Shown here piece after piece: positions 1-13,479 of a DNA stretch of 64,000 nt; position 1 is the first letter of the stretch, and the number at the start of each line of letters is the position of its first letter. The position numbers and the translations under genes are program-made. The DNA is from Octopus vulgaris (Eukaryota). The stretch lies in the NCBI GenBank assembly GCA_951406725.2, contig OX597827.1:81034001-81098000 (forward strand), in the 5' to 3' direction. Below the pieces are notes generated by a model. It was not told where the DNA came from. It saw nothing but the letters and a program-made list of their open reading frames with translations, and did not search any database.

Positions 1-252
1 TATTTCTATATACTCTATATTATGTATGTGTTCATATTTTTTTGATATCAATCAGCATCAAAGTACGTTTTCATGCATGCAATGTGTATGCAAAGTTCTT
101 TAAATATACATTTCCCCTGTGAGTATATATGTATGTGTTTATTACGGACATATGGCTCTGTGCCTGTATGTAAGTATATGTGTGTGTGTGAGATGTATGC
201 ATGTCTGTAAGTATGCTTATGTATTATGTACATATGTATGTGAGTGTATATT

Positions 253-585
<333 letters not shown>

Positions 586-2432
586 TATAAATATTTATAT
601 GAATGCATGCATATATGTGTGTGCGTGTGCATGTGTACTCAAATGTAAATAAATACTATATCTATCTGTAAATACATTAATCTGTGTATGTGTAAATAAC
701 AAAATAAATCATGGTTTTTTTTCCTAAATTTGTGTTTGTGTTTTTCCATTCTGACCTGATGTAAAATTGCAGCATATTGCTTAGTATTGGTCAATATTGG
801 CCAGTCTGTAATATAACAACATTTCCAAGTTATTAACACACTGTGATGTTGCTATGGTAGTCTTAATTGTGGTTATCCTGTTGTTTAATATGAAAGAAGA
901 ACAACCTAAAGTTGGACTGAAGTTATACTTCCAAAATGAAATCGCTTTTAACACAGAAACCAACTAAACTGACAGAAACGAACTCTACATGCAACAACAC
1001 AAAAGCTTTCCTCCTTAGTCAAGTAATGCTGAAGCAAGGATATATGAAGCAGATGTCACTTCCATAAGTGAACAGTTACAGAAGGTATAATCACTATGTA
1101 TGTATGTTCAAAGGTAAATTCCATCATAACTCTTCTTCCAAGCAAATAGAAATGAAGATGATAGCTTTACTTTATTATTTCTGGAAACTGAAAAAACTTA
1201 AATTTAATTTTGATAACAAGTGAGCAATATAGACCATACAGAAATGCACATAAACCCCATGTGTTATTTACACATGTAGTCTATGTATAGCTGAAAACAG
1301 TTTCATACTCCAAAGTATTAGATTGGAGTAATTATTTTCAGATCAGAGATTGTTATAAATGCCACCACATTAGAAAATACCTGCAAAAATATTAGATCAC
1401 CTTACTATCAGATTAAATACATTGACATTGAACTTTCACATTTTAATCTCTTTATTTATACATTCACATTATCTTTTGATTTTATATACCATAATTGGAT
1501 CATCTTCATCAAGTTTTACTCGATAATTGATCTTCCTAAACTCAACATAATTTTTCTAACTCATTATATTTCACTATGGATTTCAATTTCACAAAATCTT
1601 CAACATACATGGAATATAATTGAACAAAACCAGTATTTATATGTGATGGGTTGTGTCTTTTATTGCAAACTTTACCAGGACACATGACAGAGAACCTCCT
1701 CTCCTTGTAAAAGCAGGTGTTTTCTTTTGAATTAATGGCTATTTTGTGTTGATGTGGTTGTTGTTTGATGAGTGTTTGTTTATTGAACAAAAGTTGAAGT
1801 AATGATGCTGCTCTGTCAACTATATCCTGTGTGTGTGTTTGTGTGTAAATAAACACAGCATAGACAGATACAGGCATATCAACTACTATACTTGATCTTT
1901 TAGAGTCATCTCCAGTTCCAGATGATGTGTCATAATTACCAAATGGCAAAGAAGACCATCGCCATCTTAGAAGGAGAGATAATCTCATGGATCAAGAATT
2001 CTCCAAAGCTGACATGTATTTAAGAGAAGCAAATGGCATATTGTCTGGGGATAATGGACATGTGTTTCTTCCTCGATAGCTTTCATCAACACAACAATTC
2101 TCCTACATTACTTGCAGTAATCAAGGAAGTTAAACATGTACAAAAAAGAGCAGGATATGTCCACTGAGGAAGAAACATCTGACCATGACTGTCTCCCTCT
2201 CTCCAGACAATAAGTCTGTTATTTTCCTTAATGACAACATTGGAAAATTCTTGAGACTATCTTCCCTTGTCAAATGGAGCTGTTCTTAACTACTATTTAT
2301 GTTGTAGGGTATTTGATATACCTCAATCTATCTGTTGTCAGAATGAAAGCTATTGGACGCTGAGTTATTTTTATACATTTATGTATATACATGATATATA
2401 TATATATATGTGTGTGTGTGCATCCATGTAGA

Positions 2433-2635
2433 TATTCTTTTATTTGTTTCAGTCATTTGACTGTGGCTATGCTGGAGCACCACCTTTAGTCGAGCAAATC
2501 AACCCCAGAGCTTATTCTTTGTAAGCCTAGTACTTATTCTATTGGTCTCTTTTGCCGAACCACTAGGTTACAGGGTCGTAAGCACACCGGCATCGGTTGT
2601 CAAATGATGCTGGAGAGACAAATACAAACACACAA

Positions 2636-2678
<43 letters not shown>

Positions 2679-2830
2679 CATACATACATATACAGCAGGC
2701 TTCTTCCAGTTTCCGTCTACCAAATCTACTCACAAGGTTTTGGTTCGCCGAAGGCTATGGTAGAAGACACTTACCCAAGATGTCACACAGTGGGACTGAA
2801 CCCAGGACCATGTGGTTGGTAAGCAAGCTA
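2433..2830 (-). mobile_element. SINE family A (tRNA-derived head, CORE-like central domain), 5'-clipped copy
   Basis: Reverse complement of the copies at 9955, 25457 and 50556; B-box-like GGTTCAGTCCC, CORE-like CTTGGGYAAGTG, internal (TG)n, tail CAGTCAAATGACTGAAACAA. Confidence 0.9.
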
Positions 2831-3669
2831 TGCATATATATGTGTGTATGTGTGTGCAAGCGAGTTTTTGACCAATGTACATTGGCAAAGAGCCCAAACA
2901 TGAACAAGAACCACCACCACCACCCAAAAACTATTGTTCTTTAAACAAAATTGTTTGTGATATTTACCCAGACAGTCCTCATTGCTATTGATACAATGTC
3001 TGAAATACAGGGAACCAGTGATTGATCAGTATTGGAAACGTATAATCAATAAAACTATTGATCACCAATTAGGATGCAAAAATTCATTACAGAAATAATG
3101 CATATTATGGGTTTTCTAGTGTCAGACGTGGCCTGCAGGTTCTCTGTTGTCCTCTGCCAACCACCAGATTTCCTCATCATTCTGAAGAGTCATAATGCCT
3201 TGTTGTTGTGTGATGTAGGAACACACATAATTCTGATACAGATTCCTAAATCACACACACACACACACATGCGCGCGCGCACACACACACACACATGTGC
3301 ATGCAGCAAACACTCAAACATACATACATATTTATGTATGTATTCTCTCTGTTAGTCTAAAATCTGGTAAAAATTAGTAAAACCTATGCTTCCCTGATGA
3401 AGTGTCATAAGACTGAAACATGTCCCCAAAGTTGCCACTGTAATTATCAAAGATCACTTACACCCCCAGACTACATGACCACCTTCAATCTTTAATCAAT
3501 TTACTTTTCAGAATTGTGTCCCTTGCTTTTCTGGATAAGAATTATCATTAACATTAATGATAGTCAATTTAATTTTGCTTGTCATTGTATTAATTGATTA
3601 AAAATAGGCATGTGTGTGTGTGTGTGTGTGTGTGTGGAGTAGGCCTTTACATTGATTATATCATCCTGC

Positions 3670-4110
3670 ACTTAGCTATGGAGTCTGTGGTGGTGGCCAC
3701 AGAGAAGTGAAATCCCTGAAGATTGTTTATGACAATTTCTATGTTTGACTTTGGAAGTGGAGTTGATAGAATGAGGGCAGCCAGGATCCCAGAGGCTGCA
3801 TTTGGGAGGAAGTGGAGGAGGTTTCCATAAGTTTGAAGGTTGAGATAGAGAAATGTCGAAGAATTTTGTAAGGGTAGGAGCTAAATTGGGGGTTGCTTTA
3901 GAATAGGGCACATTGTTAGGACTGGGGGTTGACTGATTGTAAAAGGTTTTGGCTGTAGTAGTTTCAGTAAAGGATGGGGATAGAATTGAAGAAAAAGTCA
4001 TGTAGGTTTGTGTGTTGGTGTGTGTGTGTGTGGGGGGACAACGCCAAAAGAATCTCTTAACTAATTCTATAAAAAACAAAAGTTATTTGATTGAGGTTTG
4101 GCCAATAAGA
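3670..4110 (-). mobile_element. Possible highly decayed Penelope-like element fragment (RT-EN linker region)
   Basis: Minus ORF has FIELVKRFF...KTFYNQ...VPYSKATPNL...C..CP, loosely like the PLE linker F..LV...F...KIFN...KVSYS..PN; weak. Confidence 0.3.
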
Positions 4111-4154
4111 AAATCCTAAAATGTTTTTATAGATGCTTTTTGTTCTTTTCTAAT

Positions 4155-4300
4155 ATCTGGCACAAGGCCAGTAATTTTAAGGAGAGGACAAAGTTGATTG
4201 CTTCAATCCCAGGGTTCAACTCTACTTGTTTTATCAACTCCTTAAGGATAAAAGCTAAAACTGATCTCAATGGAATTTGAACTCTGAATGTAAGGAACTG
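4155..4300 (-). mobile_element. SINE family B, decayed copy
   Basis: GGCACAAGGCCAG...GGATAAAAGCTAAAA...GGAATTTGAACTC matches the reverse complement of 11547-11761. Confidence 0.75.
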
Positions 4301-5689
4301 ATGAGTTCTGATCAGAAATGTCAGCATCAATTTGTCCAATTCCAGACTAACAAGCAGCCAATCTGCTTACATCCTCAGCAATTCCATTATAAAAAATATG
4401 CACACATACACACACACAAAATACGTAAGTACATGTAACATGTAGCCCTGAGTAAAGACCATCCCAAAGCTGATGGATGGGTGGTGGGGTTGATTACACC
4501 CTTCCTGCATTCTTTACTTGGGGGGGGGGGGGTCCAGTTGGAACCCCGCAGCTAGTGAATCAGTGAACCAGTGGTAGTGTAGCTGTCTTAGGTGTGTTAG
4601 AGGTGATACACCTTTGTTGGCAGGGGTGGTCAGCATAGGACTGGCCAAGCACAGACCATTTAACTGATTTGATTGTAGCAGAAGGGAAACAGGGTTGTTT
4701 TACAGAAGGAAGATATGAGGTACCTCTCATTGATTAGGCTGTGAAATTAATGGTTAATTAAAGATTAGGTTTGAAGGTGAGAAATGAAGTGGGTCGGCTG
4801 TATTCAATGTGTCCCTGTTTCATTAGGGAAGCATAAGTATTTGTTTTGGTTCTGTTGGTGTAGGGGAGGACTGAATGAAGAGGAATTACATGTTCTGGGG
4901 TTAGTTGGAGTAAGAATTTCAGAGAGAGAGGTGAGGAGGTTAATGCCATTGGTATCAGATGGCAGACGATACATGAACAATTGGAATAAATATTTGATAG
5001 ACTGATAACAGTGTCACAATAATTCTTCAGAAGAATCATCACAAGGACACTCATTTTGCAGCTGTGCTGTTTCACAAGAAGTTGGAAGGTTGTCTTCTAC
5101 AATTTTCTTGCATCTCTCTAAGATTTGTGAGTGAAATTTAATTGACGGAATGGTCTATCTCTTAGTTTTGGAGAAACAACTTAAGTCATGAGAAAGAACC
5201 TACTTAGGTCATGAGCAAGGCCCCTGTTTTTCGTGGACAAAGCCATAGATATAAAAGGAAACTATTATTTCCAGAAAGTTCTCAGGTTTCACAAATGTGT
5301 GGAATGGGAAAAAATATGAAAAACAGAACCAAAAATAAACTGAGACGAAAGTCCAAAGAAATATTGAGTTGTGGGGCCAAGGGAAGCATCTTTAGTAACA
5401 AACTGAATTGATATCAATTGGTATTGACTAATAAATTATTTTATACTAATTAGATTTACTGTTTGATGTAGGGAGGTGTCAATATATAGAGAGATGGATG
5501 ACTGTAGGTGGTTGGGTGTGCAGGTGGCTTTGTGTGTGTGTATATATAGGTAAATAAATATAACCATGTACAGTATATATAATACATGAAAACACCCACA
5601 TACAGTCCTGTGCACATAAACTGTGATATAGAACAACTATTCAGTGTTCTTTTACATATATATGTATGTGTGTGCATTTGTATGTTTGC

Positions 5690-5734
<45 letters not shown>

Positions 5735-5735
<1 letters not shown>

Positions 5736-5895
5736 CGTTTGTCTTAATAACTGATAACAGACTTCAGCCATGGCATCCGAAACTCTGAGTTTTATTATGA
5801 CAATCAACTAATTGTCACATATTATATTTATAGATAAATTCCTCTATTTACATAATATCGAGTCTCATTCATTCTTTTGTTGCCATATTATTATA
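5735..5895 (+). mobile_element. PLE-type terminal repeat remnant with degenerate hammerhead, next to (TA)n
   Basis: TAATAA-CTGATAA-...-GAAACTC-T-GAGT-T-TTATTA: stems I and III pair; core G8 is A and stem II is poor. Confidence 0.5.
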
Positions 5896-5968
5896 GTTAA
5901 GTTAAGTTAATTTTTTGGCTCAAAAAGCAAAAAGCAAGGCCATGTAGGCCGTTATTAATATATATATA

Positions 5969-6156
5969 TGGGGAGAGTTCACAAATAAAACAAAAGACGA
6001 AGACAGGTGGTGTACAAAACAAACAGATGTATTAGTATAAAAGGAATTGAAAAAGTCTTTTATGTTTCGAGCCTAAGCTCCTCAACAGAAGGGACTCAGA
6101 AAAAACACAAGGAGACAAAAAAAACATGTGTAGTGGCTATCGATCTATCATGGCAG
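5969..6156 (-). mobile_element. Short HHR-bearing PLE-type element, same family as 20897-21107
   Basis: Shares AAAAGACGAAG(A/G)CAGGTGG, TGTATTAGTAT, AGTCTTT..GTTTCGAGCCTA.GCTC.TCAACAGAA and CATGGC with 20897-21107. Confidence 0.75.
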
Positions 6157-7149
6157 TATCTATGTATATAGGTAAATACATACACATAAATATATACATA
6201 CATGCATATATACATATTTACATACCCACATACATCTGCACACACATTTCACAATACAAACAGGAAAACAGAACTCAAAACATGAGGATGTATCTCTGTT
6301 TCTTTATCAATAATCAGTGGAAGTCACAGAGCCAGAGTAGGGATGGAACTCTTGACCTTTGAATCACTCTCTAACTTCTGCTCACTATTAATAAAACATG
6401 TGTGTGTGTGTATATACACACACACACACACACACATGTATGTGTTTGTGCATACATATGCATGTATGTATGTGTGTGCGGAGTTGTGTCATCTTGTCTT
6501 TACATCATGTGATAGTTTAAATGATTGTAAATGATTTTACATATATATATATGTATGTATATATATATATGTATGTATATATGTACACACATACTCACAC
6601 ACATATATACACACATGCTTATATAATCCCCCCACACACCCTTACCCTGCTACATAAGCAAGCAACAGCCATCGTGTTGTCTTAATCCAATTGCAGTGAC
6701 ACAACCAGTCACCTTTGTGCTTTGTGTCTTACACATTGGTGTGCACCAATGCCACCCCCACCAATGACAGTTGGTTTGTGCACCGATGCACACGTAATGT
6801 GCAGTGGTGCCAGTCGTGTGACCAAATGCCAGAATCAGTTTAATGACATCAGTTGGCAGCAGTGAGTCGTTCTGCTTCTTGACGCAGTGATGCAAACTTT
6901 AACTCATGTTGCATCTTCTCTTATTGTGTGGCGTTTTTGTGGCACCGACAACAACTACAACAACACCAATAATGACGTCACCTCACCCTAACAACAACAA
7001 CAACAACAACAACAACACCATCTCTATAACAGCAATGACAATAATATCACCAGAAATATAAAAACTATTACCATTACCCTCAACGACACCACCACCACCA
7101 CCACCTCAACTAATTCCTACCATCAGTGAGTACAACAAAGCTGCTGCTG

Positions 7150-7165
7150 CTGTTGCTACTACCAT

Positions 7166-7206
<41 letters not shown>

Positions 7207-7414
7207 ATAATAATAATAATAATAATAATGATTTCAAATTTTGGCACAAGGCCAGCAAGTTCAGTAGAGAGGGCTAGTTGATTACATCTACCCCAGTGTT
7301 TCACTGGTACTTAAATTATTGACCTTGGTGAAATTTGAACTCAGAATGCAATGACAGACGAAATACCACCAAGCATTTTGTCTGGCATTCTAATGATTCT
7401 GTCATATCACCACC

Positions 7415-7475
<61 letters not shown>

Positions 7476-7560
7476 CAATGACGACAATGATAATGATGAT
7501 GATGATAATAATAATAATAAGAAGAAGAACAACAACAACAGAAGCAGCAACAATAACAAA
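7150..7560. repeat. (CTA)n/(ATA)n/(AAC)n trinucleotide tracts flanking a SINE B copy
   Basis: Direct observation. Confidence 0.95.
7232..7407 (-). mobile_element. SINE family B, internally deleted
   Basis: TTTGGCACAAGGCCAGC...CCCCAGTG...CTGGTACTT...AATTTGAACTCAGAA...GACGAAATACC..AAGCATTT. Confidence 0.8.
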
Positions 7561-7599
7561 AAACATCAACTACACCACAATATAACTGTCAACTACGAA

Positions 7600-8020
7600 G
7601 TCTTTCTAACCTCGGCCCTGATGTGGTTTCTTAGGGGGAGGGCTTCATAAATGACGTGAACAGCTCTACTTGACTTCTATTCTCTACTTCATTGGCCCCA
7701 GAATGATGACCTTCACAAGATTTGAACACAGGATATAAAGAGTTGGGAGATGATCGACTTTGGAGTACTGTTACCACATCTAGGACACAGAATCGTCTTT
7801 GATCCTTTACAGAGTTTTGCTGTCGGGTTTGGGGCAGCAGTGATGCAGTGACAAGCATCCTAAACCATATCCACAGAAATGTTGGACACCAAATCATATC
7901 TCAGTCACCAACACACTCCAGCCTCTTCCTTAAATATGTTCTTCGGCCTTTTCTCTTTTTACCGATGCTACTCTGGCCTCTATTCCTAAGGACTGCTAAA
8001 CTTGTGCTATACGTACATTA
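7600..8020 (-). mobile_element. Possible decayed non-LTR ORF2 C-terminal zinc-knuckle fragment (L1/Tx1-like)
   Basis: One minus frame reads ILCPRCGNSTPKSIISQLFISCVQI, like the CPRCG..ET..H.L..C motif; His is missing and there are stops. Confidence 0.25.
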
Positions 8021-8278
8021 GAGAAAGCCTGTAGATTAGTGGTCAGGGTCTCTATATTATGTAGCTATGGTTTCTTTTATATTACTGTTATATGCAAGGG
8101 AAACCTTAGCTCAATAAGCTAATGCTTTGGAGGACCATGTACAATTTGAGTGGGCAGACATTAGAATTGCTGCAAATTTATACTGGATATAGAATCATTG
8201 AAGATTTTGGTGCAGCTGTAACTTACTTTAACATTATCCCCATTAAAGGTTTTATGAGAAAAATCCTTACATGGCGTA

Positions 8279-8687
8279 GGCATAGGAGGGGCTGTTGGTA
8301 AGTAGCTTGCTTACCAATAACATGGTCCTGGGTTCAGTCCCACTGTGTGTCACCATGGGCAAGTGTCTTCTACTATAGCCTAGGGCCGACCAAAGCCTTG
8401 TGAGTGGATTTGGTAGACGGAAACTGAAAGAAGCCTTTCATATATGTATCTATATATGCATGTGTGTGTATATGTTTGCGTGTCTGTGTTTGTCTCCCCA
8501 ACATCGCTTGACAACTGATGCTGGTGAGATTACGTCTCCGTACCTTATAGGTTTGGCAAAAGAGACCGATAGAATAAGTACTAGGCTTACAAAGAATAAG
8601 TCCTGGGGTCGATTTGCTTGACTAAAGGTGGTGCTCCAGCATGGCCACAGTCAAATGACTGAAACAAGTAAAAAGTGAGAAAAAGAG
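8279..8687 (+). mobile_element. SINE family A
   Basis: GGTAAGTAGCTTGCTTACCAA...GGTTCAGTCCCACTG...GGGCAAGTGTCTTC...CAGTCAAATGACTGAAACAAGTAAAA. Confidence 0.92.
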
Positions 8688-9149
8688 TATGGAACGACCA
8701 TTTAAACTATACAGAGGTTTATATCATGTACTATTTCATTTATATTTATATGCATTAGGATTTCTATGTGTGTAATAAGTATGGTATGCACTCTATTTGT
8801 GAAGCTACAGCCTTTTAATGCATTACTGTTATAATGGAGAGCACTGTCCACACACAAAGCTACAGAAATGGAAAAATGAAATAGCAGACCTCGAAATTCC
8901 CCAAAATTATGGTCAAATCATATTATATGATTTGATATAACTGAAAAAATTCAAATGCATCCATGAATTTTCAGAAAAAGTCTACAAATAATAGCAAAGC
9001 TGACAGCTGTACATGCCATCAGCACCTTTCCAACACCAGAAAACCAACTCTAGCACATACCTTGTGATTAATTTAAAAGCTAAACAAATAACTAGCAAGC
9101 TAAACATAGATGACAGGGTAGGAACTTTATTGCATCACGTGTACCATAC

Positions 9150-10470
9150 ATTACTTTTAAAGACCACATAGATTATTGTTTTTCCAATGTAGTGTAATAA
9201 ACTGAGATAGGTAGGACTATCATAGTTAACATTAAACAGGTGACTTCTCTTTTATCATGGAATAATAGCTTATCAGATATCAAGTGGTTCAATAAGATAC
9301 GTAAGTAGCACTCTTGTACATTTATATGAAGTTCAGTAGAGTAGAGTTCTGTCTGTGAGAAAGTATCTCCATGAAAAGGATTTAGAATTCAGTATGGCTT
9401 ATATTCTACTTAGTGATTCTGACTTTAATATTATTATGCTTGCTAGAAAATCTGTACTAATTTATGATAATCTGGTGAGAGGGTTAAATGTAAAGGCCAG
9501 GAACAGATTGATGCAGACATAGGGCTGAAGGATGTGACTGAGATTTCTGATGTAATCAGAATTGCACACTTTAAATATACTTCAAAAGAGATTCTGCTCT
9601 GCAGAGTTCGGCATTTACGGTGATGATGGATTAGCCATTTCATGAAAGATGAATAGCCATTAGTAAGGAGTTCACTAACATATTGAAAGAGTTAGATTTA
9701 AAGATCACAGTAGAAACAGATCTAAGTATTGGTAATGTCTTAGTATAAACTCTAGATTTAGCTTCAGGTGAATACGACAGGTGTAGAAAATCTAACGCAA
9801 AATTGTAGTTTATAAATATAAATTCTAATGAACCCTACCAATAATCCTTAAAAACTTAGTTAACTATATTACGTATTATGTAAAGATTCTCATACTTATC
9901 AGATAAATAATATTTACGTATATTACCTACATGTTATATACATAACCTTACATAGGTGCAGGAGTGGCTGTGTGGTAAGTAGCTTGCTTACCAACCACAT
10001 GGTCCCGGGTTCAGTCCCACTGTGTGGCACCCCGGGCAAGTGTCTTCTAATATAGCTTCGGGCCGACCAAAGCCTTGTGAGTGGATTTGGTAAATGGAAA
10101 CTGAAAGAAGCCCGTTGTATATATGTATATATGTGTGTGTGTTTCTGTGTCTGTGTCTGTGTCTGTCCCCCCACATCATCGCTTGACAACGAATATTGGT
10201 GTGTTTACGTCCCCGTAACTTAGCAGTTTGGCAAAAAGAGACCGATAGAATAAGTACCAAGCTTACAAAGAATAAGTCCCGGGGTTGATTTTCTCGTCTA
10301 AAAAGGTGGTGCTCCAGCATGGCTGCAGTCAAATGACTGAAACAAGTAAAAGAATAAATATTAGTAAGCATGTATCCAGTCAATTGTTGGCTGAGAATTT
10401 CTTTGACTCTGCTGTTCAGTACGACAGAAAGACATTTATTAAAAGCAGGGGATTCACAGACAGACAACAT
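9150..10470 (+). mobile_element. Decayed Penelope-like element RT fragment, interrupted by a SINE A
   Basis: Plus frames give FGIYGDDGLAI (PLE GLYRDDGL), LKITVETDL..NVL..TLDLASGEY..RKSN...ININSN.P..ILKNL, continuing after the SINE as ISKHVSSQLLAENFFDSAVQY; many stops. Confidence 0.7.
9955..10357 (+). mobile_element. SINE family A, full length
   Basis: Starts GGTGCAGGAGTGGCTGTGTGGTAAG (A box); B box GGTTCAGTCCC; CORE-like segment; A-rich tail. Confidence 0.93.
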
Positions 10471-10585
10471 GTGTCGATGTAAAGAGTCTCATACTTATCA
10501 TATAAATAATATTTACATCTCATATTACCCACACGTTACATACATAACGACAGAATCACTTGCATATTACATTCATAAGAACACT

Positions 10586-10970
10586 GGAGACGCAATGGCC
10601 CAGTGGTTAGGGCAGCGGACTCGCGGTCGTAGGATCGTGGTTTCGATTCCCAGACCGGGCGTTGTGAGTGTTTATTGAGCGAAAACACCTGAAAGCTCCA
10701 CGAGGCTCTGGCAGGGGCTGGTGGTGATCCCTGCTGTACTCTTTCACCACAACTTTCTCTCACTCTTACTTCCTGTTTCTGCTGTACCTGTATTTCAAGG
10801 GGCCGGCCTTGTCACTCTCTGTATCACGCTGAATATCCCCGAGAACTACGTTAAGGGTACACGTGTCTGTGGAGTGCTCAGCCACTTACACGTTAATCTC
10901 ACGAGCAGGCTGTTCCGTTGATCGGATCAACCGGAACCCTCGTCGTTGTAACCGACGGAGTGCTTCCACA
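10586..10970 (+). mobile_element. SINE family C (tRNA-derived, probably Arg-type head), young copy with TSD
   Basis: A box TGGCCCAGTGG, B box GGTTTCGATTCC; perfect direct repeat CATAAGAACACT(G) at 10574 and 10971; CpGs retained. Confidence 0.92.
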
Positions 10971-11097
10971 CATAAGAACACTGATATTCATATAATACAC
11001 ACATAACACGAATAAATACACATATAATTAGCACCAATTCTTATATATATCATATATATCATATATAGCAACAGTAATAAATATATATAGATGTAGT

Positions 11098-11285
11098 CCT
11101 TTCTACTACAGGCAGAAGGTGTGAAATTTGGGGGAGAAGATAGTTGATTGCGTCAACCCCAGTACACCACTGGTACTTATTTTATTGATCCCAAAAAGAT
11201 GAAAGGTAAATTTGGCTTTGGTAGAATTTGAACTTAGATTGTAAAGATGGACAAAATGCCGCTAAACATTTTGTCTGACACGGTA
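11098..11285 (-). mobile_element. SINE family B, decayed
   Basis: CCCCAGTAC..CTGGTACTTATTTTATTGATCCC..AAAGATGAAAGG...GAATTTGAACTTAGA. Confidence 0.8.
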
Positions 11286-11546
11286 AATATATATATAGAC
11301 ATAATAACATTAATACTTATATAGCACACACATACGCACACATACGCACACAACAACAACAACAACAACATCATTAGTTATGCTCATAAATACAAAAATA
11401 GGTGCCTCCTCCACCAGTAAGAACGGTTACAGATGGTCTTTGGAAGGTTTTAAAATGGCCCAAGGCAGTCTATTACGATGTCAAACCAAAGGCAGTGATT
11501 GGTGGAATTTTGCAAATAGTTCCATCGCTTATTATTGAGAAACTTC

Positions 11547-11761
11547 AGGTTGCAAGCTGCCAGAAAGGTCAGCACTCCGGGAAAAATGCTTAGCGGTATT
11601 TCGTCTGTCTTCATGTTCTGAGTTCAAATTCTGCCGAGCTCAACTTTGCCTTTCGTCCTTTTGGGATCGATAAATTAAGTACCAGTTGCGTACTTGGGTT
11701 GATCTAATTGACTGCCCTCCCCTCCACAAAACTTTTGGGCCTTGTGCTTAGAGTAGAAAAG
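11547..11761 (+). mobile_element. SINE family B with imperfect 16-bp TSD
   Basis: B box GAGTTCAAATTC; CTTTGCCTTTCRTCCTTT..GGRTCGATAAATTAAGTACCAG; flanks ATTATTGAGAAACTTC (11531) and ATTATTAAGCAACTTC (11762). Confidence 0.88.
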
Positions 11762-12437
11762 ATTATTAAGCAACTTCTAAATACCTACGGGTTAAATTAG
11801 TTTCTATGCAGCCATACCCTGAAAGATAATCCCATTTGACATTGTGTAATTTAGACATATGATATTGAAAATATCACATGAATTTGCCTGTGTATAGATG
11901 CAGGCCTGACGGATTTAAAAAATATTTTTTGGTAACCAATCAAAACTTAATGACTAATAGTGTTTCAAAGTGTTTCTGAATATTTTAGCTTCTATATCAT
12001 CATACTGCTACTAGGTCTTTAATTGTATACACAATCAATAATAGGATATGCAGATTTATGTTTCAAGAAGCCTCAGTTTCTGATAAAATAATTACAGACT
12101 CTACTCTATGGATTGAGTACAGTTGTCTTTGTGATATAAAAGTTTGCTAGTCAACACATAACACACACATGCATACATAGATAAACACATACATCCATAT
12201 ATACACATACATGCATACATACACATATATACACATATTCATGCGTACCTACATGTAGGAGGGGGTAATCAAATTTCTTTTAAGTTGAAACAGCACAAAT
12301 TGCGACACAGTACGTACATTAATCTAGCTATAAATAATATAAGGACAAATTGCCACACTGTATATGTATGTATATATACATGTATGTGTATGTGTGCACG
12401 TGTGTGTATATATATATATACATACAAACATACATAC

Positions 12438-12567
<130 letters not shown>

Positions 12568-13102
12568 AAATGTATATGTATGTATATATATAAATCTGGA
12601 TATATATAAATATATACATGTTGTTTTAAGTCTATATTTGCTTGCAAACTGGTGTATGTCTGGTCATGCTGGAGCATATATTCTTACATAATTACATTTG
12701 TAAGTGTCTCAGCAAACATGTATCTCTTGCCTTCTCTTTCCCTCTCTCTTTCTTTCTCTCTGTCAATACCAAACCACACACACATTTATATACACGTATA
12801 TGCACAAATATGTACGTGTTTATATGTGTGTGTGTGTGTTTGGGGTGTGGGTGTATATTTATGTATAGCTGGAGTTAATTAGAGTGACATTCAAATTATG
12901 TTGTGACACTGTGCTCGAGGTAGAGTCAAATATAATAATAACAATAATAACAATAATAATATTTATAACAACAACAATAACAACAACACAGCAACAATGA
13001 CGATGATGATGATGATGATGGTGATTCACTTTCTGTGCTTATATATATAGGAGAGTTTCTTTGTTAATGTGTATGTGGACACACACGCATATATATACAT
13101 AA

Positions 13103-13133
<31 letters not shown>

Positions 13134-13146
13134 CATAAATACATCG

Positions 13147-13213
<67 letters not shown>

Positions 13214-13273
13214 CGCATAAATACATCGATATATATATGTATATATATACATGGAAGTATATATGCGTATGTT

Positions 13274-13308
<35 letters not shown>

Positions 13309-13438
13309 GTCTACAAAGTTAATTTGTAGGTAGAAATAAATAGTTGCAAATACAACATCATAAATGTATATATACACATTTATACAAACACATATATATA
13401 CACATACATACATGCATAAATACACCCATCCACACACA

Positions 13439-13479
<41 letters not shown>

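Noticed and set aside
847-860. X-box-like GTTGCTATGGTAGT
   Set aside because: The right half-site is poor; likely chance.
3394-3425. CTGATGA...GAAACATGTC hammerhead-like string
   Set aside because: The core and palindromic stem III are present, but stem I cannot form (TCC versus CCC); at most a dead remnant.
4298-4325. CTGATGAG..GAAATGTC
   Set aside because: No proper stem I, II or III; lies at the edge of a decayed SINE.
6650-6980. Complex GC-richer island with palindrome ATTGGTGTGCACCAAT and TGACGTCA
   Set aside because: No recognisable protein, splice structure or repeat family; not enough evidence for a call.
10586-10660. Functional tRNA gene
   Set aside because: The tRNA-like head continues into a SINE body bounded by a TSD, and the cloverleaf is incomplete.
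11402-11593. 63-aa ORF following an AG, as a possible exon
   Set aside because: No polypyrimidine tract, no homology recognised, and it runs into a SINE.
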